Positions 11,596 to 20,205 of a stretch of 64,000 nt of DNA are shown here, piece after piece. Below the pieces are notes generated by a model. The model did no database searches. It had not been told where the DNA came from and saw only the letters and a list, made by a program, of their open reading frames with translations. Each line of letters begins with the position of its first letter. The stretch's first letter is position 1. This DNA comes from an uncultured Planctomycetota bacterium (GTDB lineage Bacteria; Planctomycetota; Planctomycetia; Isosphaerales; Isosphaeraceae). The DNA is taken from contig CAWGMQ010000010.1 in NCBI GenBank assembly GCA_963823665.1, positions 2,176,001-2,240,000 on the forward strand, written 5' to 3'. A program made the position numbers and the translations under genes.

Positions 11596-12006
11596 CTCGG
11601 TATTCTCCGGCGGAACAGCATGTCGTCGTGCACACGCCGTCAGCAGTTCCGGTAATGTTCAGTATTGCAATGTTCATAGAGATCGCGCTGGAAGCACGTT
11701 TCATTTCATGCAAGCCATCCATTTTTCCAAAATTCGGTGATTTTCCGCAAGGAAGAAATCTATGGATGCTTGAGCACTTGCTTGTGCCCGTGCATGCAGT
11801 TTGAGCGGTCTCTGTAGCTTGATGCCGGGCAAACACGCTAGATCTTGGCCTGCGCGGGCTGTCTAGCGGACCATCTGCGGCTCAACCCATCGCCGAGCAT
11901 CGAGGGCGCCACTAACTGGCCTCGGCTCACAATCCCACTGGCTAGGCGCACGGTCAGGCTGCACTCCCCTCAATAGTCGAGATACACATGGGTGTCTGCT
12001 TTCTCG

Positions 12007-12037
12007 TCGCGGAATACGAAGGCGATGTGATCGCGGA
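12007..12037 (+). repeat. 31-bp direct repeat, copy 2; continues as an alternative DUF4166 C-terminus to TAA at ~12110
   Basis: Identical to 3798-3828. The same frame reads AEYEGDVIADYAAGDAASLTAPGTGEGPVQVPV*. Confidence 0.9.
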
Positions 12038-12142
12038 TTATGCCGCCGGGGATGCCGCGTCACTAACCGCCCCCGGCACCGGGGAGGGACCCGTCCAGGT
12101 TCCGGTGTAATCGATTCGCGAATTAGCGATTCAGACAGACGC

Positions 12143-12370
12143 TCAGCTCTTCCGGGCGGCGAGTTTTTTCACGAACGCCGCATGCTCGGCCGAGCGAAGG
12201 CCGCGTCCCAGAGTCTGCAAGAGGCGGGCCACATCGTACTTCCAGAGCGCCGGCCCATCGAGCCACAGGCCAGGAAAAACTCGCGAGCGAAAAACGCCCT
12301 TGGACGTGGGCTGGCACAATTCGTAAACGCCTTTGACCAGGCGATGCCAGCGGATCTCCTCTTCCTCCAT
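12143..12370 (-). pseudogene. 3' fragment (75 codons) of a second Uma2 gene
   Basis: Aligns to 2436-2663 with about 14 mismatches in 228 nt by hand count; similarity stops at 12370. Confidence 0.85.
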
Positions 12371-12491
12371 GAGAGAGGTATGGGAGCCAGCCCGGCAACG
12401 GAATATCCACCGGGTTTGTGCGAATAGCTTCCTGGCGTGGCTTTTTGTTGTGCGATTGCGATCGGCGATCTTATAGCCGAGGAGTTCCACC

Positions 12492-13070
12492 ATGACGGCC
12501 GAGCGATTCAGTCCCCGCGACGACACTGATGGCCGGCCGGAAGACGAGTTTCGTGGTGGCCGGCGCGATTGGCGACGCTGGTGGGACGACAAGGCAGAAG
12601 CCTTGGACCCCGAAAGATGGAAGGCGATGGCGTCCGCCTGGTCGTGCCTGTGGCAAGATGCGGTCAAGAGAACAGAAACCGAGCAAGGGTCGCGCACGGC
12701 GACCAAGACCTGTCCCTACTGCGCCGAAGAGATCAAGCAAGCGGCAATCAAGTGCAAACATTGCGCCACCTGGCTGGTCCCGGTGCCGGAGTCGGCCCGA
12801 TCCGAAATCTTCTCGGGTCATCGCGAAGTGGACCCTGCCCTCCGCAAAGGTTACGCACCGCCACGGCTCACTCGCTCCACCGCGGATGCGACGGCAGCCG
12901 GCGTCTTGAGTGGTTTGGGACATTTCTTCGGGGTGGACCCAACCTGGCTACGGATCGCCTACGTCGTTGGGACGATCTTCACGGCCATCATCCCCGGCAT
13001 CGCCGTTTATGTGATACTGGCTGTCCTCATCCCCCGCGATGCTCCCGCCGATGGCCTGGGTATGGAATAA
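12492..13070 (+). CDS. Zinc-ribbon plus PspC domain membrane protein
   Basis: GAGGAG RBS; CPYCAEEIKQAAIKCKHC zinc ribbon; RLTRS...AGVLSGLGHFFGVDPTWLRI...YVILAVLIP PspC motif. Confidence 0.88.
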   Translation: MTAERFSPRDDTDGRPEDEFRGGRRDWRRWWDDKAEALDPERWKAMASAWSCLWQDAVKRTETEQGSRTATKTCPYCAEEIKQAAIKCKHCATWLVPVPESARSEIFSGHREVDPALRKGYAPPRLTRSTADATAAGVLSGLGHFFGVDPTWLRIAYVVGTIFTAIIPGIAVYVILAVLIPRDAPADGLGME

Positions 13071-13333
13071 CTAGCAAGAAGCACCTTCCCACGGAACTCA
13101 GCGACAGCCTCGACGATGGCGTGCTTTAGATTCCGAGCAAATGCCGTGCGATCCAACATGGCCCCACCGCTAGATTTCAGCGGCCCGCCGCGAAGGCGAT
13201 TCCGCTTGTCGTATTACAAATTGATCGGCCGGGAACTCCTCGCACGATGGCTGCATATCCAGCGCTCGGCCTTCCCGACCTGATCTTCAGCAGGGCCCTG
13301 GTCAGCCTCAGTCGCTCGTCCGGCAACAATCTG

Positions 13334-13640
13334 TCACGTTCGTGTCACTCGTTTTCGACTAGTGTACGTCATCCTCTCTCGAGTGAATGGGTTGACACTC
13401 TCCTTCGTCAGAACCTCGACATTCTCCTCTGAAAAGAGAACCTTTCCCTTGAGCCACATTTCAAAGAACCCAGTCAGCGTATACCGTTCCGGCCACACGC
13501 CGAAGTCTTCGTACGTGAAGATATGATGGGCCGCATCAGCACAGTCCACACAGGAGAAGATATGACAGCCCCAGTCAGAAAACGGTAACAGGCCATGCTT
13601 CCACGGACCTGTCTTGTATTCGCTTCCTGCACTAGGGTCC
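13334..13640 (-). pseudogene. C-terminal fragment of an SMI1/KNR4 (SUKH)-like protein
   Basis: WKHGLLPFSDWGCHIFSCVDC...TLTGFFEMWLKG resembles the SUKH C-terminal half; no N-terminal LPxxY part is visible. Confidence 0.5.
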
Positions 13641-13666
13641 CGTCTTGGAGCCTGGCCGGCCAACTT

Positions 13667-14311
13667 TCACGGCCGACCGACCCGAAAAGAATCCCAAAAA
13701 AGAACACTGATGATCCACGCGAAGGCCAGCAGCATGGCAATCGAATAGCCGGCCCGCCCGGCAACCGACATCGCCGCCGCCCGCCGCCCGCCAATTTCGA
13801 TCTCCTGGGCCAACAAAGCTCTCCGGTATCCCGCGAGGAGCATCAGCATCAGCACGATTGCCCCCGAGATGATCCACGTTAGATCAAATCGAATCAGCCA
13901 GAGACCAAACGAAATCAACCCGATCACAAGCATCACGTGGATCGTCTTGATCCGGGTTCGTCCCATGGCCTGCACGGCTAGCCGTCGCATGGCAATCCGC
14001 GCGACGCCCAGTACCAGTAGACTGATCCCCACGCTGGCCGCGACCGGCCACCACACCTGCCAGAGGCCGATCGCCGATGTCGGCTGGACCACGACAGGTC
14101 CAATTCGGCCTCCGGTCGGAGGATAGATGTACTTCACGACGCTGCCATCGGGCAACTGGCGAATCGAGGTACCGCTAGTGCCTGGTGCTGTGGCGGGTAT
14201 CCACGTCCACTTCGGCTCCAGGGCCGCACGGAGTGCTGCCAGGTTCACCCCGACGATCAGGATCGCGACCAGCAGCCACCCCAGCCAGACGTGCACGCGA
14301 GATTGCCCCAT
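13667..14311 (-). CDS. Hypothetical multi-pass membrane protein
   Basis: About five hydrophobic segments; GAGG upstream of the ATG. Confidence 0.65.
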   Translation of the reverse strand: MGQSRVHVWLGWLLVAILIVGVNLAALRAALEPKWTWIPATAPGTSGTSIRQLPDGSVVKYIYPPTGGRIGPVVVQPTSAIGLWQVWWPVAASVGISLLVLGVARIAMRRLAVQAMGRTRIKTIHVMLVIGLISFGLWLIRFDLTWIISGAIVLMLMLLAGYRRALLAQEIEIGGRRAAAMSVAGRAGYSIAMLLAFAWIISVLFWDSFRVGRP

Positions 14312-14522
14312 CGTCGTGCCTCGATTTACATTCGACGGGTTAGCCGAGCCGCAGCCACAGCCCGATCAGGCCGATCTCCCTGCAGCCACGTTCAGAATTG
14401 CAGGGCCCGTCTTGCATGTAAAGACGTGCGACGATTGCCGGGAGCTCGTCTGGTAAACTGGTGTTCGACCTGTCAGGCTTATTGCAGGTCGCCATCACCG
14501 ACGAAAAGAAAGGGACCGAACA

Positions 14523-15926
14523 ATGCCACAACGGTTCATCCTCGGCCTCACGATTGCTATGTCCGTCGCCTTCCCGGCTCCGCAAGTCGGAACTCTGCCG
14601 GTTCGCCCGAGTGCGCAAGACAGCAAGGCTCGATTCGACGTTTCGGACATCTCTTATCTCTGGCCGGTCCCGAAGACTCCGGCAGAAGTCGCCGCCTTGA
14701 TCTCGGCCGACACAGCCAGCAATGACACAAAGAATCCGATCTGGGACGACACCGCGTTCAAGCGCATGCTCGAGATCGTGACGAGCGACGAAGCCGCGAT
14801 CAAGCACCCGAACGGCGCGACGCGGCGGATCGGTCTTCGGCCCGAGTTCCGCGACCGAAAGAACTGGAAGGTCGTCGCTTTCCGCGCCGACCCGAGCGCA
14901 CCCGGCGGGCATCCGTCAATCGTCGAGAAGTTCGGTTCGACACCGCAGCTCCGCCTGGTCCTTCAGCCAGTCACCCTCGAAGCAGGCAACGTGAAAGTCC
15001 ATGATTTCACGGTGCACCTCGTCTACTCCTACTTCACGCCCAAGGAAGCCCCCAAGCCGGGCTTCGTCCCCCCGGCGAACGCAGACACAAACAAGTTCCG
15101 CCAGATCCTCGATGACCTGGCCGCACTCAAGGCCAAGCTCAAGGACAAGGGGATCGATACACAAGGCTTGCCGCTTGGTGTCCACCCTGGGCTGAAGGAT
15201 AATGCTGGTGGTTCTAGCTTCTCGAGTGGCGTCCAGGCGCTCCTGACGCGGCACGTCAACGTTCAGAACTTGAGCGCGATGGCTTTCATGGGGCTTCCCG
15301 ACTCCTCCCCCCAGCCCTGGATCTTCGTGGCGGCCCGGAACCAGGGCGATGCGACATTCGCCCCATTTGATCTCCCGACCATCGCGCTCAAACCAGCGCA
15401 GATGTTCGACCGGTCAGACGGCGACCCGGTCGTCGTGCCGACTCCGCTTCCCGACAATCGCAGCCCGATCACCAACTCACTCGGAACGCCGGTCGCCGAT
15501 CGCCGCGGCGTCGCCACGCTCGCTCTCTTCGAAAAACAACTCAACCTCCACAGCTCGGCGCGCGTCAACGGATCCGGCCCCCCCATCCTCGACGCCGACG
15601 GGCTCGCGAATCAGGAGATCGCCGATTTGATCGCCAACCCCGAGAAGGCCCACTTCTTCAGCACCGACTGCTTCAGTTGCCATTCCGAGAGTACCCGCCG
15701 CGCCATCCTCTCTCTTCCGGCGAGCGCCGCATTTGGCTACAAGCGACCCAGCGGCATCTCGGGTGTCGACCCTGCGTTGCTGCCGAGCAATATCTGGATC
15801 GTTCGAAACTTCGGCTGGTTTCCCTCGGGTAGCGGCACCGTCAGCCCGACCGTCACCCAGCGCACCGCCAACGAAACGGCCGACTGCGTCCACTTCATCA
15901 ACAGAGTTTACTTCGGCAACCCCTGA
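14523..15926 (+). CDS. Secreted hypothetical protein with one c-type heme motif
   Basis: Signal-peptide-like N-terminus; CFSCH near the C-terminus; strong GC3 codon bias. Confidence 0.75.
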   Translation: MPQRFILGLTIAMSVAFPAPQVGTLPVRPSAQDSKARFDVSDISYLWPVPKTPAEVAALISADTASNDTKNPIWDDTAFKRMLEIVTSDEAAIKHPNGATRRIGLRPEFRDRKNWKVVAFRADPSAPGGHPSIVEKFGSTPQLRLVLQPVTLEAGNVKVHDFTVHLVYSYFTPKEAPKPGFVPPANADTNKFRQILDDLAALKAKLKDKGIDTQGLPLGVHPGLKDNAGGSSFSSGVQALLTRHVNVQNLSAMAFMGLPDSSPQPWIFVAARNQGDATFAPFDLPTIALKPAQMFDRSDGDPVVVPTPLPDNRSPITNSLGTPVADRRGVATLALFEKQLNLHSSARVNGSGPPILDADGLANQEIADLIANPEKAHFFSTDCFSCHSESTRRAILSLPASAAFGYKRPSGISGVDPALLPSNIWIVRNFGWFPSGSGTVSPTVTQRTANETADCVHFINRVYFGNP

Positions 15927-16308
15927 GATAACCAAAAAAAGGTGTCAGGAACCAAATACAGGCTTTCTTATTCTGAAAGACGTCTCGCGCGGCCGCCGGC
16001 CCCGCTTGACTTGACTGGAGCTGGCATCGCCCGGTTCCGAATCGACGTGCACGGGATTAACCTTGGCCTGTTGATTTTCCGACGCGAGATTCGGCACCGG
16101 TCTGGTCGAACGTGTGCCTCTGGCGATATCATGAATCCCGGCAGTTTATCGTCCAGACGAGAATAATCTGGCCGACGACATCGCACGGAATGCGCTGGAG
16201 ATTTGATTTCGTCAATCGTCGTGAGCGACACCGCGCCGTTGGCAGCGCTCGTTCATCTGGACCTCCTCGGTTAGCTCGGGAACTTGTCTGGCGTCGGAGT
16301 ACTTCCAA

Positions 16309-18024
16309 ATGGCGGTTTTGAAGCACGCGACCGGAGACCTTGCCGGCACGCTGGTTCAGTTGAAAGACGACGTGACGGTGATCGGGCGCTTACCGGAATG
16401 CCAGATCATTCTGGCTGCCAACGGCGTCAGCCGGCGCCATGCCGAGATCCGCAAAGTCGGGCCGGCTCACTGCGTGGTCGATCTCGAGTCGCGGAACAAG
16501 ACATTTCTCAACGACACCGAGTTGAAGGGCGGGGTGGAGCATCCTCTCAAGGAGAAAGACCGGATCACGATCTGCAACATCGAGTTCGTCTACCACGCCG
16601 TCGATCCGTCGTTGGCCAGGGATCCAGCTCTCTCCGCCGACGTCATGACGATCACCGACAGCGACAGCAAGGAAGGTCCGGATTTCCGGACGCTCGAGGC
16701 CTCGCGCTCGGTCACGATGCTGAGCGCGGTTCGTCCGGAGGTAAAGCTGAAGGCGATCCTGGAAATCACCCGTAGCCTCTCCAACGAGTTGCGGATCGAC
16801 GCTGTCGCCCCCAAGATCCTCGACTCCCTGATGGAGATCTTCCCCGGCGCCGAGCGGCTCTTCCTGATGCTGCAGGATCCCGCGAGCAAGCGGCTGATCC
16901 GAAAAGCATTCAAACACCGCCCCCAGAAGCGCACCTCCTTCTCCCGGGCCATGCCCGAGGACGAAGTCCCGACGAGCATCAGCCGGTCAATCGTTGACTT
17001 CGTCCTGGGTCAGAAGAAGGCGGTGCTCAGCCAGGATGCCGGCGAGGACAAGAACCTTCCGGCCAGCGCCTCGATTTCCGACTTGAAGATCCGCTCGGTC
17101 ATGTGCGTTCCGCTCTTGACGCCCGACAACAAGGCGCTCGGAATCATCCAGCTCGACACCAGCGACCGCCGCCAGTTCAACGAAGACGACCTCGACGTAC
17201 TGGCGGCCGTCGCCAGCCAGGCGGCGATTTCCATCTCCAACGCGTCGATGCTCGAGTCGCTGCTCGAGCGAGAGCGACTCAACCGCGATCTGAAAATCGC
17301 CGAGCAAGTGCAGAAGCGGTTCTTGCCGCAAGTCGTGCCTTCGGTCCCGGGCTACGAGTTCTTCGCTCATTACCAGCCGACCTACCAGGTCGGGGGCGAC
17401 TATTATGACTTTGTTTCCCTCGGTACCGACCGCGTGGCCCTGGCCGTGGGCGACGTCTCCGGCAAAGGTGTGGCGGCCGCACTCATGATGGCCAAGTTCT
17501 CCGGTGACACGCGGTCCTCCATCCTGACCGAGAGCGGCCCCGCGACCACCGCCGCTCGTCTTAACACCCTGCTCTGTGCCGCCGGGATCGAGGATAAATT
17601 CATCACGCTCGGCCTGTGTGTGCTCGATTTTGCCACCCGCAAGCTCACGCTCACATCAGCGGGTCACACGCCCGTGATCGTCCGTCGCGCCGATGGCCGG
17701 GCCGAGGAAGTCGGCCAGGATTTCTCCGGCCTCCCGCTCGGCATCATGGAGGATTCCGAATACCAGCAAACCGACATCCAGCTCGATCCCGGCGACGTCG
17801 TCGTGCTCTACTCCGACGGCGTGACCGACGCACGAAGCCCTTCTGATGAGCTGTACGACTCGCAGACCAACCACCGCTTGATCAAACGAGTGGCCCAAAC
17901 ATCCGGCGGTGCGGCCGCCGTCGGCAAGGCAATCCTCCAGGATATCCGCGAGTTCTCCGCCGGCCACTCCCAGGCCGACGACATCACGTTGCTCTGCCTC
18001 GGGCCGACGCCCGCTGGCTCTTGA
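16309..18024 (+). CDS. FHA-GAF-SpoIIE (PP2C) protein phosphatase
   Basis: IGR...VSRRHA...SRNKTFLN (FHA); IRSVMCVPL (GAF); VGGDYYD, GDVSGKG, YSDGVTDA and DDITLL (PP2C). Confidence 0.95.
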   Translation: MAVLKHATGDLAGTLVQLKDDVTVIGRLPECQIILAANGVSRRHAEIRKVGPAHCVVDLESRNKTFLNDTELKGGVEHPLKEKDRITICNIEFVYHAVDPSLARDPALSADVMTITDSDSKEGPDFRTLEASRSVTMLSAVRPEVKLKAILEITRSLSNELRIDAVAPKILDSLMEIFPGAERLFLMLQDPASKRLIRKAFKHRPQKRTSFSRAMPEDEVPTSISRSIVDFVLGQKKAVLSQDAGEDKNLPASASISDLKIRSVMCVPLLTPDNKALGIIQLDTSDRRQFNEDDLDVLAAVASQAAISISNASMLESLLERERLNRDLKIAEQVQKRFLPQVVPSVPGYEFFAHYQPTYQVGGDYYDFVSLGTDRVALAVGDVSGKGVAAALMMAKFSGDTRSSILTESGPATTAARLNTLLCAAGIEDKFITLGLCVLDFATRKLTLTSAGHTPVIVRRADGRAEEVGQDFSGLPLGIMEDSEYQQTDIQLDPGDVVVLYSDGVTDARSPSDELYDSQTNHRLIKRVAQTSGGAAAVGKAILQDIREFSAGHSQADDITLLCLGPTPAGS

Positions 18025-18443
18025 GCCACGCCGCCTTTTACACCCGGTCGCCCCGCCCGGTTGGACCGGATGCGGCGCCAGGAGATTGGCCAACCACGAC
18101 GGCTCCCGAGCATCACGTCGACGCCGCTGATGACGTGACCGTGCGCCCCGTGCCAATTGCAACAGGTGTCCTGTCCTCCCAGCGCAGAAACGACTGAGCA
18201 AACCCCTGCCGATGGGCCGATGATGGCTTCGGTTTCAGACCAGCAGTCATTGGTCAGCCGAAATCGGGCAATTCGCATCGTGGCGGTTAGCGGGCCTGCA
18301 ATGCCGATCCGCTCGCCTGCGACAGCCGCGCGTCTCGAATAACCCATACAAGACGACGAAACCGCAGACACACGGAATCCGGCAACAACGCCAATGTTGC
18401 ACGTTTCGACCCTGAAGCGGGTCGTGGTGCCAGGGACAACAAC

Positions 18444-20133
18444 ATGCCGATGCGCACAGTGCACCGAGAGTCTGCCAGCAAGTATCCAGGCTCGAGATTC
18501 ACCGCCCGCCACGCGCTCTGGGCGTTGATCGCCATCTCGACGATCCTGCGGTTGGCTTGGTCTGCCAGCCTGGGGGCGGCGTTTGATGAGCCTTATTACA
18601 TCCAGTACATCCAGCACCCTGCGTGGAGCTACTTTGACCACCCGCCGATGGTCGCGCTGCGTCGGCGCACTCGGCCTCGCAGTGACGGGAGACGCGTTCT
18701 CCGTCTTCGGCCTGCGGCTCGGCTTCATCCTCCTGTTCGCCGGCTCCATGTGGTTGATGGCACGTCTCACCACCCGGTTCTACGGCGAGAAGGCCGGCCT
18801 TCTCTCCGCCCTCGCTCTGAGCGCCTCCGGTTACTTCGGGATGGCGGTCGGCACCATCGCCCAGCCGGACGGGCCGCTCCTCTTCTTCTGGCTTCTGACT
18901 CTCGACCGCCTGGCCGTCGCGCTCGACGACCCAGAACGGCTCGCGCCCTGGCTGGCCTTGGGTGCCGCCTGGGGTGGGGCGATGTTGAGCAAGTATCACG
19001 CCGTTCTCCTGCCGGTCGGGGCGCTGCTTCACATCGTCTGCTGGCCCCAGGCCCGCCAAGCCCTCCGCAAACCGGGGCCTTACATCGCCGCGGCAATCGG
19101 CTTGATCCTCTTCGCGCCCGTGATCGCGTGGAACGCCACGCACGGTTGGGCCTCGTTCTTGTTCCAGGGTGGTCGCGCGACGGTCTCGCATCAGCTCCGG
19201 CTCGATCAACTTGGTGCGACCTTGGGCACCGAGGCGCTCTTCCTGTTCCCGTGGCTCTGGATCGTCATGCTCGGATTACTCGTCAAGCTCATCTGGCGTG
19301 GGCCGCGTGCCTGGACCAAGGGTGAGTCGTTTCTGATCTGGCAGGCATTACCGGCGCTGGTGTTGTTCCACGCGATAGCCTCCCAGCGGTGGATCATGCC
19401 CTACTGGCCGCTGTTCGGTTTCATCGCGCTCATGCCCCTGCTGGCACGAGCCTGGGAGAAGCGCCTCGAGACCCACCCCGCCAGCCATCGACGGCGGATC
19501 GCAGCCATCTCGCTATTCCCGGTCTTGCTGGCGGCTCTCCTCTCTGCCCAGGCTGACTTGGGCCTGCTGGAAGACAGCCACGGCCGGCTATTGGGCCTGA
19601 TCGCGCCCAAGCACGATCCGAGCGCGAACCTCTTCTGCTGGAACGAGGTCGCCGGCGAGCTACAGCGGCGCGGGCTCCTCTCCGAGCCGGGAACCTTCCT
19701 GTTCACGGACTCCTGGGACCAGAGCGCCCGTCTCGCTCTCGCCACTCGCGGCGAAGCCCCCGTGGCTTGCTATCACATCGAAGCCCGATCCTACTCATTC
19801 TGGAGCCGCCCCGAAGATTGGGTCGGCCGCGACGGAATCTTCGTCGAGAGCGCCCGGGCTCCGGGCGCGCTCTCGAATTTTAGACCGTTCTTTGCCCGGT
19901 ATGAGTCGATCGGAACCGTGCAAATCGTCCGCCGCGGCGTTCTCGTGCGCGAGGTCTACCTCTACCGCGGCACCTGTCAGACCCGGCCGTTCCCGTTCGA
20001 CGGCCGCTTCTGGGACCGCACGAAGCGCCCGAACACCGAGGGTAGCACCCTGGCCCCCACCGCGCTGGCACGACGCAATGACACCCGCCCTGGATCATCG
20101 CCCCCGGCGACGCAAACGCGCCGTACCAGGTAA
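18444..20133 (+). CDS. Glycosyltransferase family 39 (ArnT/PMT-like) membrane protein; frameshift near 18660
   Basis: DEPYY...SYFDHPPMVAL in the 18444 frame continues as VGALGLAV...PDGPLLFFW...LSKY...PVIAWNATHGWASFLFQ in the 18583 frame. Confidence 0.88.
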
Positions 20134-20205
20134 TCTCACTCGCCAATGATTGGCGCAGCTTTTACTCGACCAGTTTCATCACCACGGCAGACGGCCCCGC
20201 CGCGA

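Noticed and set aside
12143..12706. 187-aa ORF as a real Uma2 fusion protein
   Set aside because: The N-terminal part is antisense to the PspC gene or intergenic; only the last 75 codons are Uma2.
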